This document shows, piece by piece, positions 8,624 through 18,960 of a stretch of DNA of 64,000 nt; position 1 is the first letter of the stretch, and every line of letters starts with the position of its first letter. Source of the stretch: an uncultured Gammaproteobacteria bacterium (GTDB lineage: Bacteria > Pseudomonadota > Gammaproteobacteria > Steroidobacterales > SZUA-146); contig CAWUKD010000003.1 of NCBI GenBank assembly GCA_963922815.1, forward strand, positions 1,718 to 65,717, read 5' to 3'. The notes beneath the pieces are model-generated. The model was not told where the DNA came from, did no database searches, and worked only from the letters and a program-made list of their open reading frames with translations. Position numbers and translations under genes: made by a program.

Positions 8624-9925
8624 CTACCCCGCTGCCGCGCGCTCTTTTTCCAGGCGTGTAATGGTCGCTTCCTGTCGTGCGGCTCGCTGCAATCGCTCAA
8701 TAAGTGCGCGCAGGAACGTTTTGGTGAAGTGCAGCTGACATGCCGTTGACACTTGTTCAAGCAATGTTGAACTTACGCGAAGCAGGGTTACCTGGTCGTG
8801 CGCCGAAATTGACGCCGTGCGACGAGCGGCCGTGACGTAGCTGGTCTCACCAAAACAGTCGCCCTTGTGTAACGAGCCCACCGTGTTGCCGCTTTGCTGA
8901 ACGTCGACTTGCCCTTCCACGATTATATAGAAGCGATCATCGAGCTCGCCCTCCCGAACAATTTCCTGCCCGGCCCCGTAAGTACGCCAGTCGCTGGCAC
9001 GCAATACTTCCCATATTTCTGCGTGAGAAAATTCATGAAAGAACGACAGCTGTCGCAGCAGCTCAAAGCGCTCCTGTTTGTCAATTCGATCTTCGTCATC
9101 CTTGAGCTCTTGAAACGCCTTAGTCAGTGCAGCCGCAAATTCTTTTCCGTTCGCAAAACGCTTTCCCGGTTCCTTATGCATGGCTTTGGCGACGATCTGC
9201 TCAAGAATCTCGGGAACGTCAGGTCTAATCGTGTGCATTGGCTGCGCCGTTGCGTAAACGATTTGATGCAACAGTTTGGTCAGGTTTGACGCGCGGAACG
9301 GTCGAACACCCGTCAGCAGCTCATACATGACCGCGCCGAGTGAATAGACGTCCGATGCCGTAGTGATTTCGGCAGACTGCACCTGCTCCGGAGACATGTA
9401 ACTCGGGGAACCGGCAATACCGCGGATCTGGGAATGTTCGGCATTCTTAACGATGGCGATACCAAAATCGATGATGCGTACATCGCTGTTAGTCGTCAGC
9501 ATGATATTGCTTGGCTTGATATCGCGATGCACTACTCCGCGACTGGCCGAATACTGAAGCGCCTTGGCACATTTGAATATGATCTGAACAACATCGTTAA
9601 CGCGAAGCAGGTTATCTGGCTTGCAGTAGGCTGAGAGCGTGCGGGCACCGTGAATATGTTCCATGACAACATAGTAGTTGCCGTCTTCCTCGCCGGCATC
9701 ATAGATTGGCAGGATATTGGGGTGCTGCAACATGCCAACGATATTGGCTTCGTTAAAAAACATCTTGCGGGAAACAGCTGCGTCTTCTTCGCTTTGAGAC
9801 GAATTGTTGTAAACTTTGATGGCAACGTCGCGCCCATAGAACGGATCATGCGACAAATAAACATTTCCAGTGCTACCACGACCAACTTCTTTGATGATCA
9901 TGTATTTGCCGATTTTGTCCAACAT
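8624..9925 (-). CDS. Hanks-type Ser/Thr protein kinase with C-terminal cyclic-nucleotide-binding domain
   Basis: 433 aa. Kinase motifs are GRGSTGNVY (G-loop), AIK, HRDIKPSN, DFG and SPE. The C-terminal cNMP domain has FGE...RRTAS (phosphate-binding-cassette-like). Confidence 0.85.
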   Translation of the reverse strand: MLDKIGKYMIIKEVGRGSTGNVYLSHDPFYGRDVAIKVYNNSSQSEEDAAVSRKMFFNEANIVGMLQHPNILPIYDAGEEDGNYYVVMEHIHGARTLSAYCKPDNLLRVNDVVQIIFKCAKALQYSASRGVVHRDIKPSNIMLTTNSDVRIIDFGIAIVKNAEHSQIRGIAGSPSYMSPEQVQSAEITTASDVYSLGAVMYELLTGVRPFRASNLTKLLHQIVYATAQPMHTIRPDVPEILEQIVAKAMHKEPGKRFANGKEFAAALTKAFQELKDDEDRIDKQERFELLRQLSFFHEFSHAEIWEVLRASDWRTYGAGQEIVREGELDDRFYIIVEGQVDVQQSGNTVGSLHKGDCFGETSYVTAARRTASISAHDQVTLLRVSSTLLEQVSTACQLHFTKTFLRALIERLQRAARQEATITRLEKERAAAG

Positions 9926-9949
9926 AGGAATCTCGATGCGTTAGTATAT

Positions 9950-10453
9950 TTAGATTAGCGTCGCCCCCCATGAGAGACCCGCCAGGCACAGAGCCGCGAA
10001 CAGCGCTGCTACAACGTCATCAAGCATAATCCCCAATCCGCCGTGTAGTCTGTGATCCAATTCGCGAATTGGCCAAGGTTTTACGATGTCAAAAAACCGG
10101 AAAAAACCAAACCCGAGTAACCACCACAGCCACGTATCCGGAACAAATGCGACGGCGATCACATAGCCGACAATTTCATCCCAGACTATTCCGCCGTGAT
10201 CGTGTACACCAAGCTTTTTTGTGGCGTAACCGCAGATAAAAATACCGGCAATTGACATAACCAGGATGATGGTCCATTCCTGTACGGCCGTGAGCCCACT
10301 TAACATAAATGCGAAGGGAATGCCGATGAGCGTGCCGGCGGTTCCCGGTGCTTTTGGCGCAAGTCCGGTTCCGAATCCAAACGCCAGTATCATGATCGGA
10401 TCGGTGAACACCTCACGCGGCGCAACCGGGCGGTTTGTTTTCTTTTCACTCAC
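9950..10453 (-). CDS. pgpA: Phosphatidylglycerophosphatase A
   Basis: 167-aa membrane protein with FGFGTGLAPKAPGTAGT and DIVKPWPI motifs, in the canonical thiL-pgpA context. Confidence 0.88.
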   Translation of the reverse strand: MSEKKTNRPVAPREVFTDPIMILAFGFGTGLAPKAPGTAGTLIGIPFAFMLSGLTAVQEWTIILVMSIAGIFICGYATKKLGVHDHGGIVWDEIVGYVIAVAFVPDTWLWWLLGFGFFRFFDIVKPWPIRELDHRLHGGLGIMLDDVVAALFAALCLAGLSWGATLI

Positions 10454-10462
10454 GGTGTGCGC

Positions 10463-11416
10463 TTAGCTTTCAGTCGCGAAATGGTCGTGACCATGAACAT
10501 TTACCGCATGGGGTTTGCCATCCAGCGTAAAGTTTAGCCCGGACCCTTCGTTGATGACGCCGATACACTGACACCTGACGACAAGGTTGTCGCAAACGTC
10601 TTCGAATTCTTCTGCATTATCCGGAGGCACGGTGACACACAGTTCGTAATCGTCGCCACCGCACAGGGCCAGATAACGGGCTTCGCCTGGCGAAAAGCCA
10701 TTGCGTAAAATCGAGGACATCGGCAAATCTTCAAGTACGACCTGCGCACCCACATCGGACGCCTGTAATAAGTGTCCAAGATCCTGGCCCAGACCATCCG
10801 AGACGTCGATTGAAGCGGTTACCAGGTTACGAACCGCAGCGCCCAGAGCAACTCGCGGTTCCGGATAGAGAAAGCGATCAATAAGAAAACTATGCCCGTC
10901 ACCCCGCGTCATCGCTCGCAGCCCCGCGGCCGCGTCACCCAGGGTTCCTGTGATGTAAATCCGGTCCCCGGGACGGGCGCCAGTGCGCAGCGTGTGCGCG
11001 TGCGTATCGACGTGGCCGGTCACATGCACCGTGACGACCAAAGGACCGCTGACCGTATCGCCACCCACCAGGCTGACACCGTGTGCCTGGGCGCATTCGC
11101 TAAACCCCGCCGCGAAGTCGGCCAACCAGGCGTGATCAAGATGCGGCATCGACAGGCTCAAACTGGCCCAGGCCGGATCCGCACCCATAGCGGCGATATC
11201 GCTAAGATTTACCGCCAGAGAACGATGCCCCACGGATCGCGCCGGCGTGTTTACGGGAAAGTGGATGGATTCGACCAGCGTGTCCATCACGCTGACAAGG
11301 TTTCTTGACTCGGGAGGCTCCAACAGAGCGCCATCATCACCGACGCCAACCAGAACATCAGAGCGTGGCGCTCCAATGTCGCGAAAATAATCTCGAATCA
11401 GATCAAACTCGCCCAT
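10463..11416 (-). CDS. thiL: Thiamine-monophosphate kinase
   Basis: 317 aa. It has the GEFDLI N-terminus and AIR-synthase-like fold motifs, in the nusB-thiL context. Confidence 0.9.
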   Translation of the reverse strand: MGEFDLIRDYFRDIGAPRSDVLVGVGDDGALLEPPESRNLVSVMDTLVESIHFPVNTPARSVGHRSLAVNLSDIAAMGADPAWASLSLSMPHLDHAWLADFAAGFSECAQAHGVSLVGGDTVSGPLVVTVHVTGHVDTHAHTLRTGARPGDRIYITGTLGDAAAGLRAMTRGDGHSFLIDRFLYPEPRVALGAAVRNLVTASIDVSDGLGQDLGHLLQASDVGAQVVLEDLPMSSILRNGFSPGEARYLALCGGDDYELCVTVPPDNAEEFEDVCDNLVVRCQCIGVINEGSGLNFTLDGKPHAVNVHGHDHFATES

Positions 11417-11439
11417 TCGTTCTCTCCCGTCAGTAGGTG

Positions 11440-11886
11440 TTAGCGTTTCTCGTGTACACGCAGCTCAGCCGCTGCACGGTCCAGAATGGCATTGACATAC
11501 TTGTGCCCGTCGGTTGCACCAAATCGCTGCGCCAGTTCGACCGCTTCGTTGATAACCACCTTGTACGGAACATCAATGCGATGACGCATCTCGGTTAACG
11601 CCACCATGATGATAGACATCTCCAGCGGATCAAGCTGTGATACGTCGCGATCGGCGTGACTGGTGATACACGCGTGGTTCGCTTCGACGTCTTTAAGCGC
11701 CTTGCTCAACAGCTCATCAAAATAGTCCGGATCGGCGTCGGCGTATTCACGCTTTTCCATATACTGGCGCTTCAGCTCGCTGACCGTTTCAGGGTTTACG
11801 TGCCATTGATAGAGCGCCTGCATGGCCAGGCGACGAGCCCGGCTCCGCTTGCGAATAACCCGCTGCTGATCCGTTTTTCCCGACAT
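11440..11886 (-). CDS. nusB: Transcription antitermination factor NusB
   Basis: 148 aa with ARRLAMQALYQW and INEAVELAQRFG motifs. It lies downstream of ribH. Confidence 0.93.
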   Translation of the reverse strand: MSGKTDQQRVIRKRSRARRLAMQALYQWHVNPETVSELKRQYMEKREYADADPDYFDELLSKALKDVEANHACITSHADRDVSQLDPLEMSIIMVALTEMRHRIDVPYKVVINEAVELAQRFGATDGHKYVNAILDRAAAELRVHEKR

Positions 11887-12359
11887 CAGTCGTGCAACTG
11901 ATCGAGCATGTTGAGCATTTCCAGCGCCACCATTGCGGCCTCAGCACCTTTGTTCCCGGCCTTGCCCCCGGAACGCTCAACGGCCTGATCCACCGTGTCG
12001 GTGGTCAAGACGCCCATCACCGCAGGCTTGCCGGTATCGAGCTGCACTTTCTGCAAGCCGGCCGCGCACTGACCGGCGACGTAGTCAAAGTGAGGCGTTG
12101 CGCCACGAATAACCGCACCGAGGCAAATAGCTGCTGCGTAGCTTTCTTTCGCCAGCACGGCTTTCGCTGCCAGTGGAATCTCAAAAGCCCCCGGAACCTT
12201 GATCAAATCGATGTTTTGCTCGCGCATACCATGCCGTATCAGCGCATCTTTTGCGCCTTCGACCAGAGCGTTCACAATCACCTCGTTAAACCGTCCGGCT
12301 ACGATGGCAATACGCACATCCCTCGCCACCAGATCGCCTTCAATAACCTTCACATTCAT
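11886..12359 (-). CDS. ribH: 6,7-dimethyl-8-ribityllumazine synthase
   Basis: 157 aa with IVAGRFNE and VPGAFEIP motifs. Its stop overlaps the nusB start. Confidence 0.93.
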   Translation of the reverse strand: MNVKVIEGDLVARDVRIAIVAGRFNEVIVNALVEGAKDALIRHGMREQNIDLIKVPGAFEIPLAAKAVLAKESYAAAICLGAVIRGATPHFDYVAGQCAAGLQKVQLDTGKPAVMGVLTTDTVDQAVERSGGKAGNKGAEAAMVALEMLNMLDQLHD

Positions 12360-12405
12360 CTCCCGTACGTGCCTTTGCAGGTTTCGTATTTAATCGTGGC
12401 CCCGA

Positions 12406-13518
12406 TTATCCCACATACTCGACCACTTCAAGACCAAATCCTGAAATGGCAGCCATATTTTTTGGCGCGCTGAGTACGCGCATCTTGCGAACGCCAAGAT
12501 CACGCAGTATCTGTGCACCTATTCCATACGTCCGCAAATCGGCAATTTCTTCGGTACTGGCCTTCTTCGGCGGGCTTAGTCCGCGCTCACCCGCATCGAT
12601 CCGGGCCAGAAGAGTACGTGGATCATCATTTCCACGTAGTACGATTATCACGCCCCGCCCTTCATCACTGATGCGTTTCATGGCATCACGCAGTGGCCAG
12701 CCCAGGCTTGGCCAGGTGACACCGAGCACATCGCTCAGCGTATCCTGAAGATGCACACGCACGAGCGCCGGTTCTTCTTCGGCCAATTTACCTTTGACCA
12801 GCGCGAGATGAACCGACTTGTTCACGTGATCCTCATAGCTGATCAATTCGAATGCTCCGAACTCCGTCGGCACGGTCGACTGCGCAATGCGCTCAACCGA
12901 CTCTTCCTTCGACAGTCGGTAGCTGATCAGGTCGGCAATCGTGCCGATCCTGAGACTGTGCTCGCGGGCAAACTCGAGCAGGTGTTCGCGCCGGGCCATG
13001 GTGCCGTCGTCGTTCAGAATCTCGACAATGACCGCCGCAGGCTCACATTCGGCCAACCGCGCCAGATCGCATCCGGCCTCGGTATGGCCGGCACGGGTCA
13101 GAACGCCGCCCGGCTGGGCCATAATTGGAAACACATGTCCCGGCTGGCACAGGTCTTCAGGCACCGCATCGGGAGCCACGGCCTTCTTTACCGTTTCGGC
13201 ACGATCATGGGCTGAAATGCCGGTAGTCACTCCTTCCGAGGCTTCAATGGAAACCGTGAAATTGGTGGAATGATCGACGTCCGTCCCCGTCACCATCAAA
13301 GGCAGCCTTAATTGCCGGCACCGCTCACGCGTCAGCGTCAGGCAGATCAGGCCCCGGCCAAAGCGCGCCATGAAATTGATGTCCTCAGGCCGGCAGTGAC
13401 TTGCAGCCATGATCAGATCACCTTCGTTCTCGCGATCTTCATCATCCAATACAATGACCATGCGACCGTTGCGCATGTCTTCAAGTATGTCTTCAATGGA
13501 ATCGAATTTAATAGTCAT
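12406..13518 (-). CDS. ribBA: 3,4-dihydroxy-2-butanone-4-phosphate synthase fused to a degenerate GTP cyclohydrolase II-like domain (RibBA/RibBX type)
   Basis: 370 aa. The N-terminal DHBP synthase domain looks intact (DDEDRENEGDL). The C-terminal GCH-II-like domain reads RVHLQDTLSDVLGVTWPSLGW and lacks the zinc-binding cysteines. Confidence 0.85.
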   Translation of the reverse strand: MTIKFDSIEDILEDMRNGRMVIVLDDEDRENEGDLIMAASHCRPEDINFMARFGRGLICLTLTRERCRQLRLPLMVTGTDVDHSTNFTVSIEASEGVTTGISAHDRAETVKKAVAPDAVPEDLCQPGHVFPIMAQPGGVLTRAGHTEAGCDLARLAECEPAAVIVEILNDDGTMARREHLLEFAREHSLRIGTIADLISYRLSKEESVERIAQSTVPTEFGAFELISYEDHVNKSVHLALVKGKLAEEEPALVRVHLQDTLSDVLGVTWPSLGWPLRDAMKRISDEGRGVIIVLRGNDDPRTLLARIDAGERGLSPPKKASTEEIADLRTYGIGAQILRDLGVRKMRVLSAPKNMAAISGFGLEVVEYVG

Positions 13519-13567
13519 AGCGCTTGTCGTGATGGAGCTGTCTCACTCCGAGAGGCAATGAGACAGA

Positions 13568-14161
13568 TTATTGTTTGCCGAGAAGGCGAGCCGTGTATCG
13601 AGCCACCAGATCCACTTCAAGATTAACCAGTGAGCCGACCCGATAGTGCTGAAACAGGGTCTGGGTGAACGTATGGGGGATGATATTGACACCAAAATCG
13701 GACGCGGTCACGTCATTTACCGTCAGACTGACACCGTCGACGGTAATGCTGCCCTTGGCCGCCACAAAATGTGCCAGATCGGACGGGAGCTCTATCCTCA
13801 CACGCCATGAACGGCCATCGTTGTGCAGACTCCTGACCTTCGCCACAGCGTCCACGTGTCCCGTAACGAGGTGGCCGTCGAGACCATCTCCCATGCGTAG
13901 CGACGGCTCCAGATTGACCGACGTACCCGCTCGCGCCTGACTCAGTGAGGTCACCGCCAGGGTTTCCCTGGAAACGTCCGCACTAAACTGCTGCCCGGCA
14001 GGATCAAGCACCGTGAGACAGGCACCGTTAACCGCCACGCTGTCGCCAACCTGAGCCCGGCTCATGTCCAGCGTCGAGGTCGCAATGGTTAACCGCACAT
14101 CGCCGCCGCGTTCGACAACGCGGGCAATTTTGCCAAGATCCTGAATGATGCCAGTAAACAT
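13568..14161 (-). CDS. ribE: Riboflavin synthase (alpha chain)
   Basis: 197 aa with the MFTGII N-terminus and duplicated lumazine-binding repeats (NGACLTV / DGVSLTV). Confidence 0.92.
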   Translation of the reverse strand: MFTGIIQDLGKIARVVERGGDVRLTIATSTLDMSRAQVGDSVAVNGACLTVLDPAGQQFSADVSRETLAVTSLSQARAGTSVNLEPSLRMGDGLDGHLVTGHVDAVAKVRSLHNDGRSWRVRIELPSDLAHFVAAKGSITVDGVSLTVNDVTASDFGVNIIPHTFTQTLFQHYRVGSLVNLEVDLVARYTARLLGKQ

Positions 14162-14173
14162 AGCTGCCTCTTC

Positions 14174-15319
14174 TTAACTCGTTGTTGGGTTAGTGTCGCG
14201 GTCTTTGGATTCGACGCCCCGCGCCCGGGTTTCAAACACCATCCTGGTGCACGTGCCAACGCGAGTGGCTTCGAGCAACTCAAGGTCAATAACCTGATCC
14301 ATCGACGTGATCTCGCCAAGGTCCACCATGCCACGCGCACCCTGCCCCATGAGTCTGGGAGCCTGGTAGACGACGATCTGATCTGCCAGCCCCGCACGAA
14401 TAAACGCACCGCTCAATTGCGGGCCCGCTTCCACCATCACCTCGTTAATCTGACGGCGACCGAGGTCGTCCAGCAGCGCCGCCAGATTCAATCCTGTGCC
14501 GCTGTCATCCGCTGGCAAACTTGCATGTTCGAATTCCACGCCGTCAGGAACGGTGGCTGACAGCGCCGTATACACCAGTGAACGGCGTTGAAAGACCTGG
14601 GCGCTCAGCGGGCTGCGAAGCGTACTGTCCAGTACCACAGCGCGGGGCTGGGTCACCTCCAGATCCGGCGCAAGCCCGCGCGCGGTCAGCTGCGGATCGT
14701 CCGCAATGACGGTGCCGGCACCGGTCACTACCACATCGCTGGCTGCCCGCAGTTCATGCACATCAGCGCGCGCCTGCGCACACGTGATCCATTTACTCTT
14801 GCCGTTGGCCAACGCCGTAGCGCCATCAAGACTTGCAGCAATTTTGACGCGGACCAGGGGACGTCCCGTCACCTGCCGGTGAATGAAACCCCGGTGCAGT
14901 TTTCGCGCCTCATCGGCAAGCAGTCCGATCTCAACGTCAATCCCTGCGTCTCGCAGGCGTGCGAAACCCTGACCGCTGACTTGTGGAAACGGATCTTCAA
15001 TTGCCGCAACTACCCGACTGACTCCGGCCTCGATCAGCGCATCACAGCAGGGGCCGGTTCGCCCCCGATGCGCGCAGGGCTCAAGCGTTACGTAGGCGGT
15101 GGTCCCAACAGGGTCAGAACAGGATGCCAGCGCCATGATTTCCGCGTGTGGTTCGCCGGGCCGCTGAGTCCACCCCTCTCCAATAATACGGGAATCCCGA
15201 ACCAGTACGCAGCCGACGCTGGGGTTGGGCGACGCCGAGTAGCTACCGCGAGTCGCCAATTCAAGCGCGCGACGCATAAAGCCGAACATGGCATCGGTAT
15301 ATATCGGGTCCGTGGGCAT
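14174..15319 (-). CDS. ribD: Bifunctional diaminohydroxyphosphoribosylaminopyrimidine deaminase / 5-amino-6-(5-phosphoribosylamino)uracil reductase
   Basis: It has the deaminase HAE...PCAHRGRTGPC zinc motif and a C-terminal reductase domain. I chose the ATG at 15319 (MPTDPIY...); the track's longer ORF to 15460 would overlap nrdR. Confidence 0.9.
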   Translation of the reverse strand: MPTDPIYTDAMFGFMRRALELATRGSYSASPNPSVGCVLVRDSRIIGEGWTQRPGEPHAEIMALASCSDPVGTTAYVTLEPCAHRGRTGPCCDALIEAGVSRVVAAIEDPFPQVSGQGFARLRDAGIDVEIGLLADEARKLHRGFIHRQVTGRPLVRVKIAASLDGATALANGKSKWITCAQARADVHELRAASDVVVTGAGTVIADDPQLTARGLAPDLEVTQPRAVVLDSTLRSPLSAQVFQRRSLVYTALSATVPDGVEFEHASLPADDSGTGLNLAALLDDLGRRQINEVMVEAGPQLSGAFIRAGLADQIVVYQAPRLMGQGARGMVDLGEITSMDQVIDLELLEATRVGTCTRMVFETRARGVESKDRDTNPTTS

Positions 15320-15323
15320 GGTT

Positions 15324-15821
15324 TTATTTCTGCGTCGGCAGCAGCGGAAGCTGTTCGTCGGCCGTCGTGCTGCTTTCCTGCAACCGTTCGACCTCTTCAG
15401 CAAATTCAGCGGCATCCTGGAAGCGTCGATAGACCGAGGCGAACCGTACGTAGGCCACATCGTCCAGTTTGCGCAGTTCGTTCATTACCAGCTCGCCAAC
15501 GCGTCGCGAAGGCAGTTCCCGCTCGCCCGCTGTGCGCAGCTCGTGAGTGATGCGGTTTACCGCCACCTCGATTTCGGACGCAGGAACCGGCCGCTTTTCA
15601 AGGGCTTTTACAATCCCGGAACGCAGTTTCTGCTCATTAAACGGCTCGCGACGCCCATCGCTCTTGACGAGATAGGGCATAACGAGTTCAGCGGTTTCGA
15701 ACGTTGTAAAGCGCTCAGCGCAGGCCAGGCACTCTCTTCTGCGCCGCACCTGATTGCCTTCGGCGGCCAGGCGCGAATCGTTCACTTTGGTCTCGAGGTT
15801 GCCGCAAAATGGACAGTGCAT
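15324..15821 (-). CDS. nrdR: Transcriptional repressor NrdR
   Basis: 165 aa with an MHCPFCG...[12 protein letters not shown] zinc ribbon and an ATP-cone. Confidence 0.93.
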   Translation of the reverse strand: MHCPFCGNLETKVNDSRLAAEGNQVRRRRECLACAERFTTFETAELVMPYLVKSDGRREPFNEQKLRSGIVKALEKRPVPASEIEVAVNRITHELRTAGERELPSRRVGELVMNELRKLDDVAYVRFASVYRRFQDAAEFAEEVERLQESSTTADEQLPLLPTQK

Positions 15822-15848
15822 GACAGAGTACCGGAGCTCTTGATCGCC

Positions 15849-17117
15849 CTAGCGAGGACCGTAAACCGGATAACTCGCGCAAAGCGTCGCCACTTCTGCC
15901 CTGACCCGCACAATTTCATCGCTCGCATCACCAGTCTTGAGGGCATCGATTACATCGGCAATCCAGTCGGCGATTTGTTCAGACTCCACGGTCTTGAAAC
16001 CGCGCGTGGTAATTGCCGGCGTACCGATGCGCAGTCCGCTGGTGACAAACGGCGATCTTGGATCGTTAGGTACGGTATTCATATTCACCGTTATGTTGGC
16101 TTCACCGAGCGCATTGCTCGCATCCTTACCAGTGACGTCGGCACCAATGAGGTCCACCAGAAACAGATGATTGTCAGTGCCGCCCGAGACAATCTTGTAA
16201 CCGCGCTTCTGAAACCGGGTAGCCATCGCCTGTGCATTGGCCACAACAGCTTTCTGATAATCGACAAAGCCTGGATCCTGCGCTTCTTTAAAGGCCACCG
16301 CCTTGGCGGCAATCACGTGCATCAGAGGGCCACCCTGGGTACCGGGAAACACGAGAGAATTAAACTTCTTGGTCAGTGTTTCGTCAGCGTTCGACAGAAT
16401 CAGACCGCCTCGTGGACCGCGCAGCGTTTTGTGGGTCGTCGTGGTACACACATGCGCATGGGGTAACGGGTTCGGATAGACGCCCGCCGCGACCAAACCG
16501 GCCACGTGCGCCATGTCCACCATCAGATAGGCGCCCACGGAGTCGGCAATCGCCCTGAACCGGGCCCAGTCCATCGTACGTGAGTAGGCCGAAAATCCTG
16601 CAATGATCATTTTCGGCTGGTGCTCTTTGGCGAGCGCTTCTATCGCATCGTAGTCGACCAGCCCGCTGTCATCCCGAACACCGTACTGAACGGCATTGAA
16701 CAGCTTGCCCGAAAAGTTGACGCTGGCCCCGTGGGTCAGATGACCGCCGTGAGCCAGGCTCATGCCCAGAATCGTGTCGCCAGGCTCCAGCAGAGCAAAG
16801 TAGACCGCCGCATTGGCCTGTGAGCCGCTGTGAGGCTGTACATTGGCGTAGCTGGCACCAAACAGTGCCTTGGCGCGCTCAATGGCCAGGTGCTCAGCCA
16901 CGTCCACGTGCTCACACCCACCGTAGTAGCGCTTTCCCGGGTAACCTTCGGCGTACTTATTGGTTAAAACCGAACCCTGAAGCTCCATGACCCGCGGGCT
17001 GGCGTAGTTTTCAGACGCAATCAGCTCGATATGGGCTTCCTGACGAGCCTGCTCGTCATCAATGGCTTTGATCAGTTCCGGGTCGAAATCGCGGACATTT
17101 GAGGTTTCGCTTAGCAT
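15849..17117 (-). CDS. glyA: Serine hydroxymethyltransferase
   Basis: It has ELIASENY and the PLP-Lys motif [15 protein letters not shown] chose the ATG at 17117 (MLSETS...) instead of the track start at 17156. Confidence 0.93.
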   Translation of the reverse strand: MLSETSNVRDFDPELIKAIDDEQARQEAHIELIASENYASPRVMELQGSVLTNKYAEGYPGKRYYGGCEHVDVAEHLAIERAKALFGASYANVQPHSGSQANAAVYFALLEPGDTILGMSLAHGGHLTHGASVNFSGKLFNAVQYGVRDDSGLVDYDAIEALAKEHQPKMIIAGFSAYSRTMDWARFRAIADSVGAYLMVDMAHVAGLVAAGVYPNPLPHAHVCTTTTHKTLRGPRGGLILSNADETLTKKFNSLVFPGTQGGPLMHVIAAKAVAFKEAQDPGFVDYQKAVVANAQAMATRFQKRGYKIVSGGTDNHLFLVDLIGADVTGKDASNALGEANITVNMNTVPNDPRSPFVTSGLRIGTPAITTRGFKTVESEQIADWIADVIDALKTGDASDEIVRVRAEVATLCASYPVYGPR

Positions 17118-17281
17118 GGTGTCTCTCTTGTTTCCTGTATTCAGGCAGTAATTCAATGGCGGAACAATGTGTTGTCCGCCCTAACGACAGGGCCTCTCAC
17201 AGACTTCGATAACGCAGCTATTGGCAAGGCCCGGAATATTGCGAATAATGCCACACATCGTTACCCGCAACAGGCAAAATA

Positions 17282-18952
17282 ATGGCCCAATTCATTTACA
17301 CCATGAACCGCGTATCCAAGATCGTGCCACCAAAACGCACGATTCTCCGGGACATCTCACTGAGTTTCTTTCCCGGCGCCAAAATCGGGGTCCTCGGGCT
17401 CAACGGAGCCGGGAAGTCGACGCTGCTCAAAATCATGGCGGGCCTGGACACCGAATTTGACGGCGAGGCCCGGCCGCAACCCGGTATTCGCATAGGGTTT
17501 TTGCAGCAGGAGCCGGGTCTGGACGAGTCCAAAGACGTCCGTGGCAACGTCGAGGAAGGCGTCGCTGAAACGGCCGATTTGCTCAAGAAATTCGAAGAGG
17601 TGAGCCTCAAATTCGGCGAAGACATGACCGATTCCGAGATGGAAGACCTGATGGCGGAACAAGGCCGGCTCCAGGACGCTATCGAGGCCTGCGATGGCTG
17701 GGAGCTGGAACGCAAGCTGGACGTTGCCGCTGACGCGCTCCGACTGCCGCCGTGGGACGCGAATGTCACCCACCTGTCGGGCGGAGAAAAACGCCGCGTC
17801 GCGCTCTGCCGACTGCTGCTGTCTGAGCCGGACATGCTCCTGCTCGATGAGCCTACCAACCACCTCGACGCCCAGTCGGTCGCCTGGCTGGAGCGGTTTC
17901 TGGAGGAGTATCCGGGCACCGTTATTGCGGTAACACACGATCGCTATTTCCTGGACAACGTCGCCGGGTGGATCCTCGAACTGGACCGCGGCCACGGAAT
18001 TCCCTGGGAAGGCAATTACTCTTCGTGGCTGGAACAGAAAGAAAACCGCCTGAAAAACGAAGACAAACAGCAGGACGCACGACGCAAGGCCATGCAGGCT
18101 GAACTCGAGTGGGTTCGCTCCAATGCCAAGGGCCGCCAGTCCAAATCCAAAGCGCGTCTGAAGCAATTTGCGGAAATGTCATCGAAAGAGTTTCAGGAAC
18201 GCAATGAAACCCACGAGATCTATATTCCGCCCGGTCCCCGACTCGGTGATGTCGTGGTCGTTGCAGACAACGTCAGCAAAGCCTTCGACGACCGCGTTTT
18301 GTTCGACGATATGAACTTTAACCTGCCTCCCGGAGGCATCGTTGGCGTCATTGGGCCGAACGGCGCAGGTAAGACAACGCTGTTCAAGATGATGATGGGC
18401 ATAGAACAGCCCGATGGTGGCTCCATTCGTATTGGTGACAGCGTGGAACTGGCTTACGTTGACCAGAGCCGGGACGCACTCGACGACAGCAAAACGGTCT
18501 TCGAAGAGATCTCGGATGGACAGGACATTATTACCGTGGGCAATTACGAAACGCCTGCGCGCGCCTACTGTGGCCGATTCAATTTCAAGGGCTCCGGGCA
18601 GCAGCAAAAAATCAGCACCCTGTCCGGCGGCGAACGCAATCGGGTTCACCTGGCAAAACTGCTGAAGTCCGGTGGCAACGTTCTGCTGCTCGACGAACCT
18701 ACCAACGATCTCGATGTCGAAACGCTGCGTGCACTGGAAGAAGCGTTGCTCGTCTTTCCCGGATGCGCCGTCGTAATTTCGCACGACAGGTGGTTTCTGG
18801 ATCGCATCGCCACGCACATTCTCGCCTTCGAGGGCGACAGCCACGTCGAATGGTTTGAAGGCAACTACGCCGACTACACCGAAGACCTCAAGCGACGAAA
18901 AGGCAAGGATGCGGAAGGCCCGAAACGCATCAAGTACAAGCGGCTCAGCTAG
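17282..18952 (+). CDS. ettA: Energy-dependent translational throttle protein EttA (ABC-F ATPase)
   Basis: 556 aa with the [14 protein letters not shown]-terminus, two ABC cassettes ([18 protein letters not shown]) and LSGGE signatures. Confidence 0.92.
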   Translation: MAQFIYTMNRVSKIVPPKRTILRDISLSFFPGAKIGVLGLNGAGKSTLLKIMAGLDTEFDGEARPQPGIRIGFLQQEPGLDESKDVRGNVEEGVAETADLLKKFEEVSLKFGEDMTDSEMEDLMAEQGRLQDAIEACDGWELERKLDVAADALRLPPWDANVTHLSGGEKRRVALCRLLLSEPDMLLLDEPTNHLDAQSVAWLERFLEEYPGTVIAVTHDRYFLDNVAGWILELDRGHGIPWEGNYSSWLEQKENRLKNEDKQQDARRKAMQAELEWVRSNAKGRQSKSKARLKQFAEMSSKEFQERNETHEIYIPPGPRLGDVVVVADNVSKAFDDRVLFDDMNFNLPPGGIVGVIGPNGAGKTTLFKMMMGIEQPDGGSIRIGDSVELAYVDQSRDALDDSKTVFEEISDGQDIITVGNYETPARAYCGRFNFKGSGQQQKISTLSGGERNRVHLAKLLKSGGNVLLLDEPTNDLDVETLRALEEALLVFPGCAVVISHDRWFLDRIATHILAFEGDSHVEWFEGNYADYTEDLKRRKGKDAEGPKRIKYKRLS

Positions 18953-18960
18953 TCGTAAAC

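Noticed and set aside
12360-13567. FMN (RFN) riboswitch within the rib cluster
   Set aside because: The intergenic gaps flanking ribBA are only 46-49 nt, far too short for an RFN element.
15320-15460. N-terminal extensions in the ORF track, for example ribD to 15460. The same issue affects glyA to 17156, guaB to 34939, purL to 24103, xseB from 7318, the LysM-FecR gene from 18974 and the sulfotransferase from 45291.
   Set aside because: The extensions overlap upstream genes or add non-homologous residues ahead of the conserved N-termini. Internal ATG or GTG codons give family-typical N-termini, so I used the shorter coordinates.
14588-16466. Two long plus-strand ORFs (14588-15550, 320 aa; 15288-16466, 392 aa)
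   Set aside because: They are antisense shadows of ribD, nrdR and glyA, all of which are confidently identified on the minus strand.
17118-17281. Possible riboswitch (for example ZTP/pfl) in the glyA leader
   Set aside because: A hairpin exists at 17158-17183 (GGCGGAacaa...ttgTCCGCC). However, the conserved ZTP elements as I remember them, for example CCGCCUGGGC, are absent. The region may just hold a promoter or small stem.
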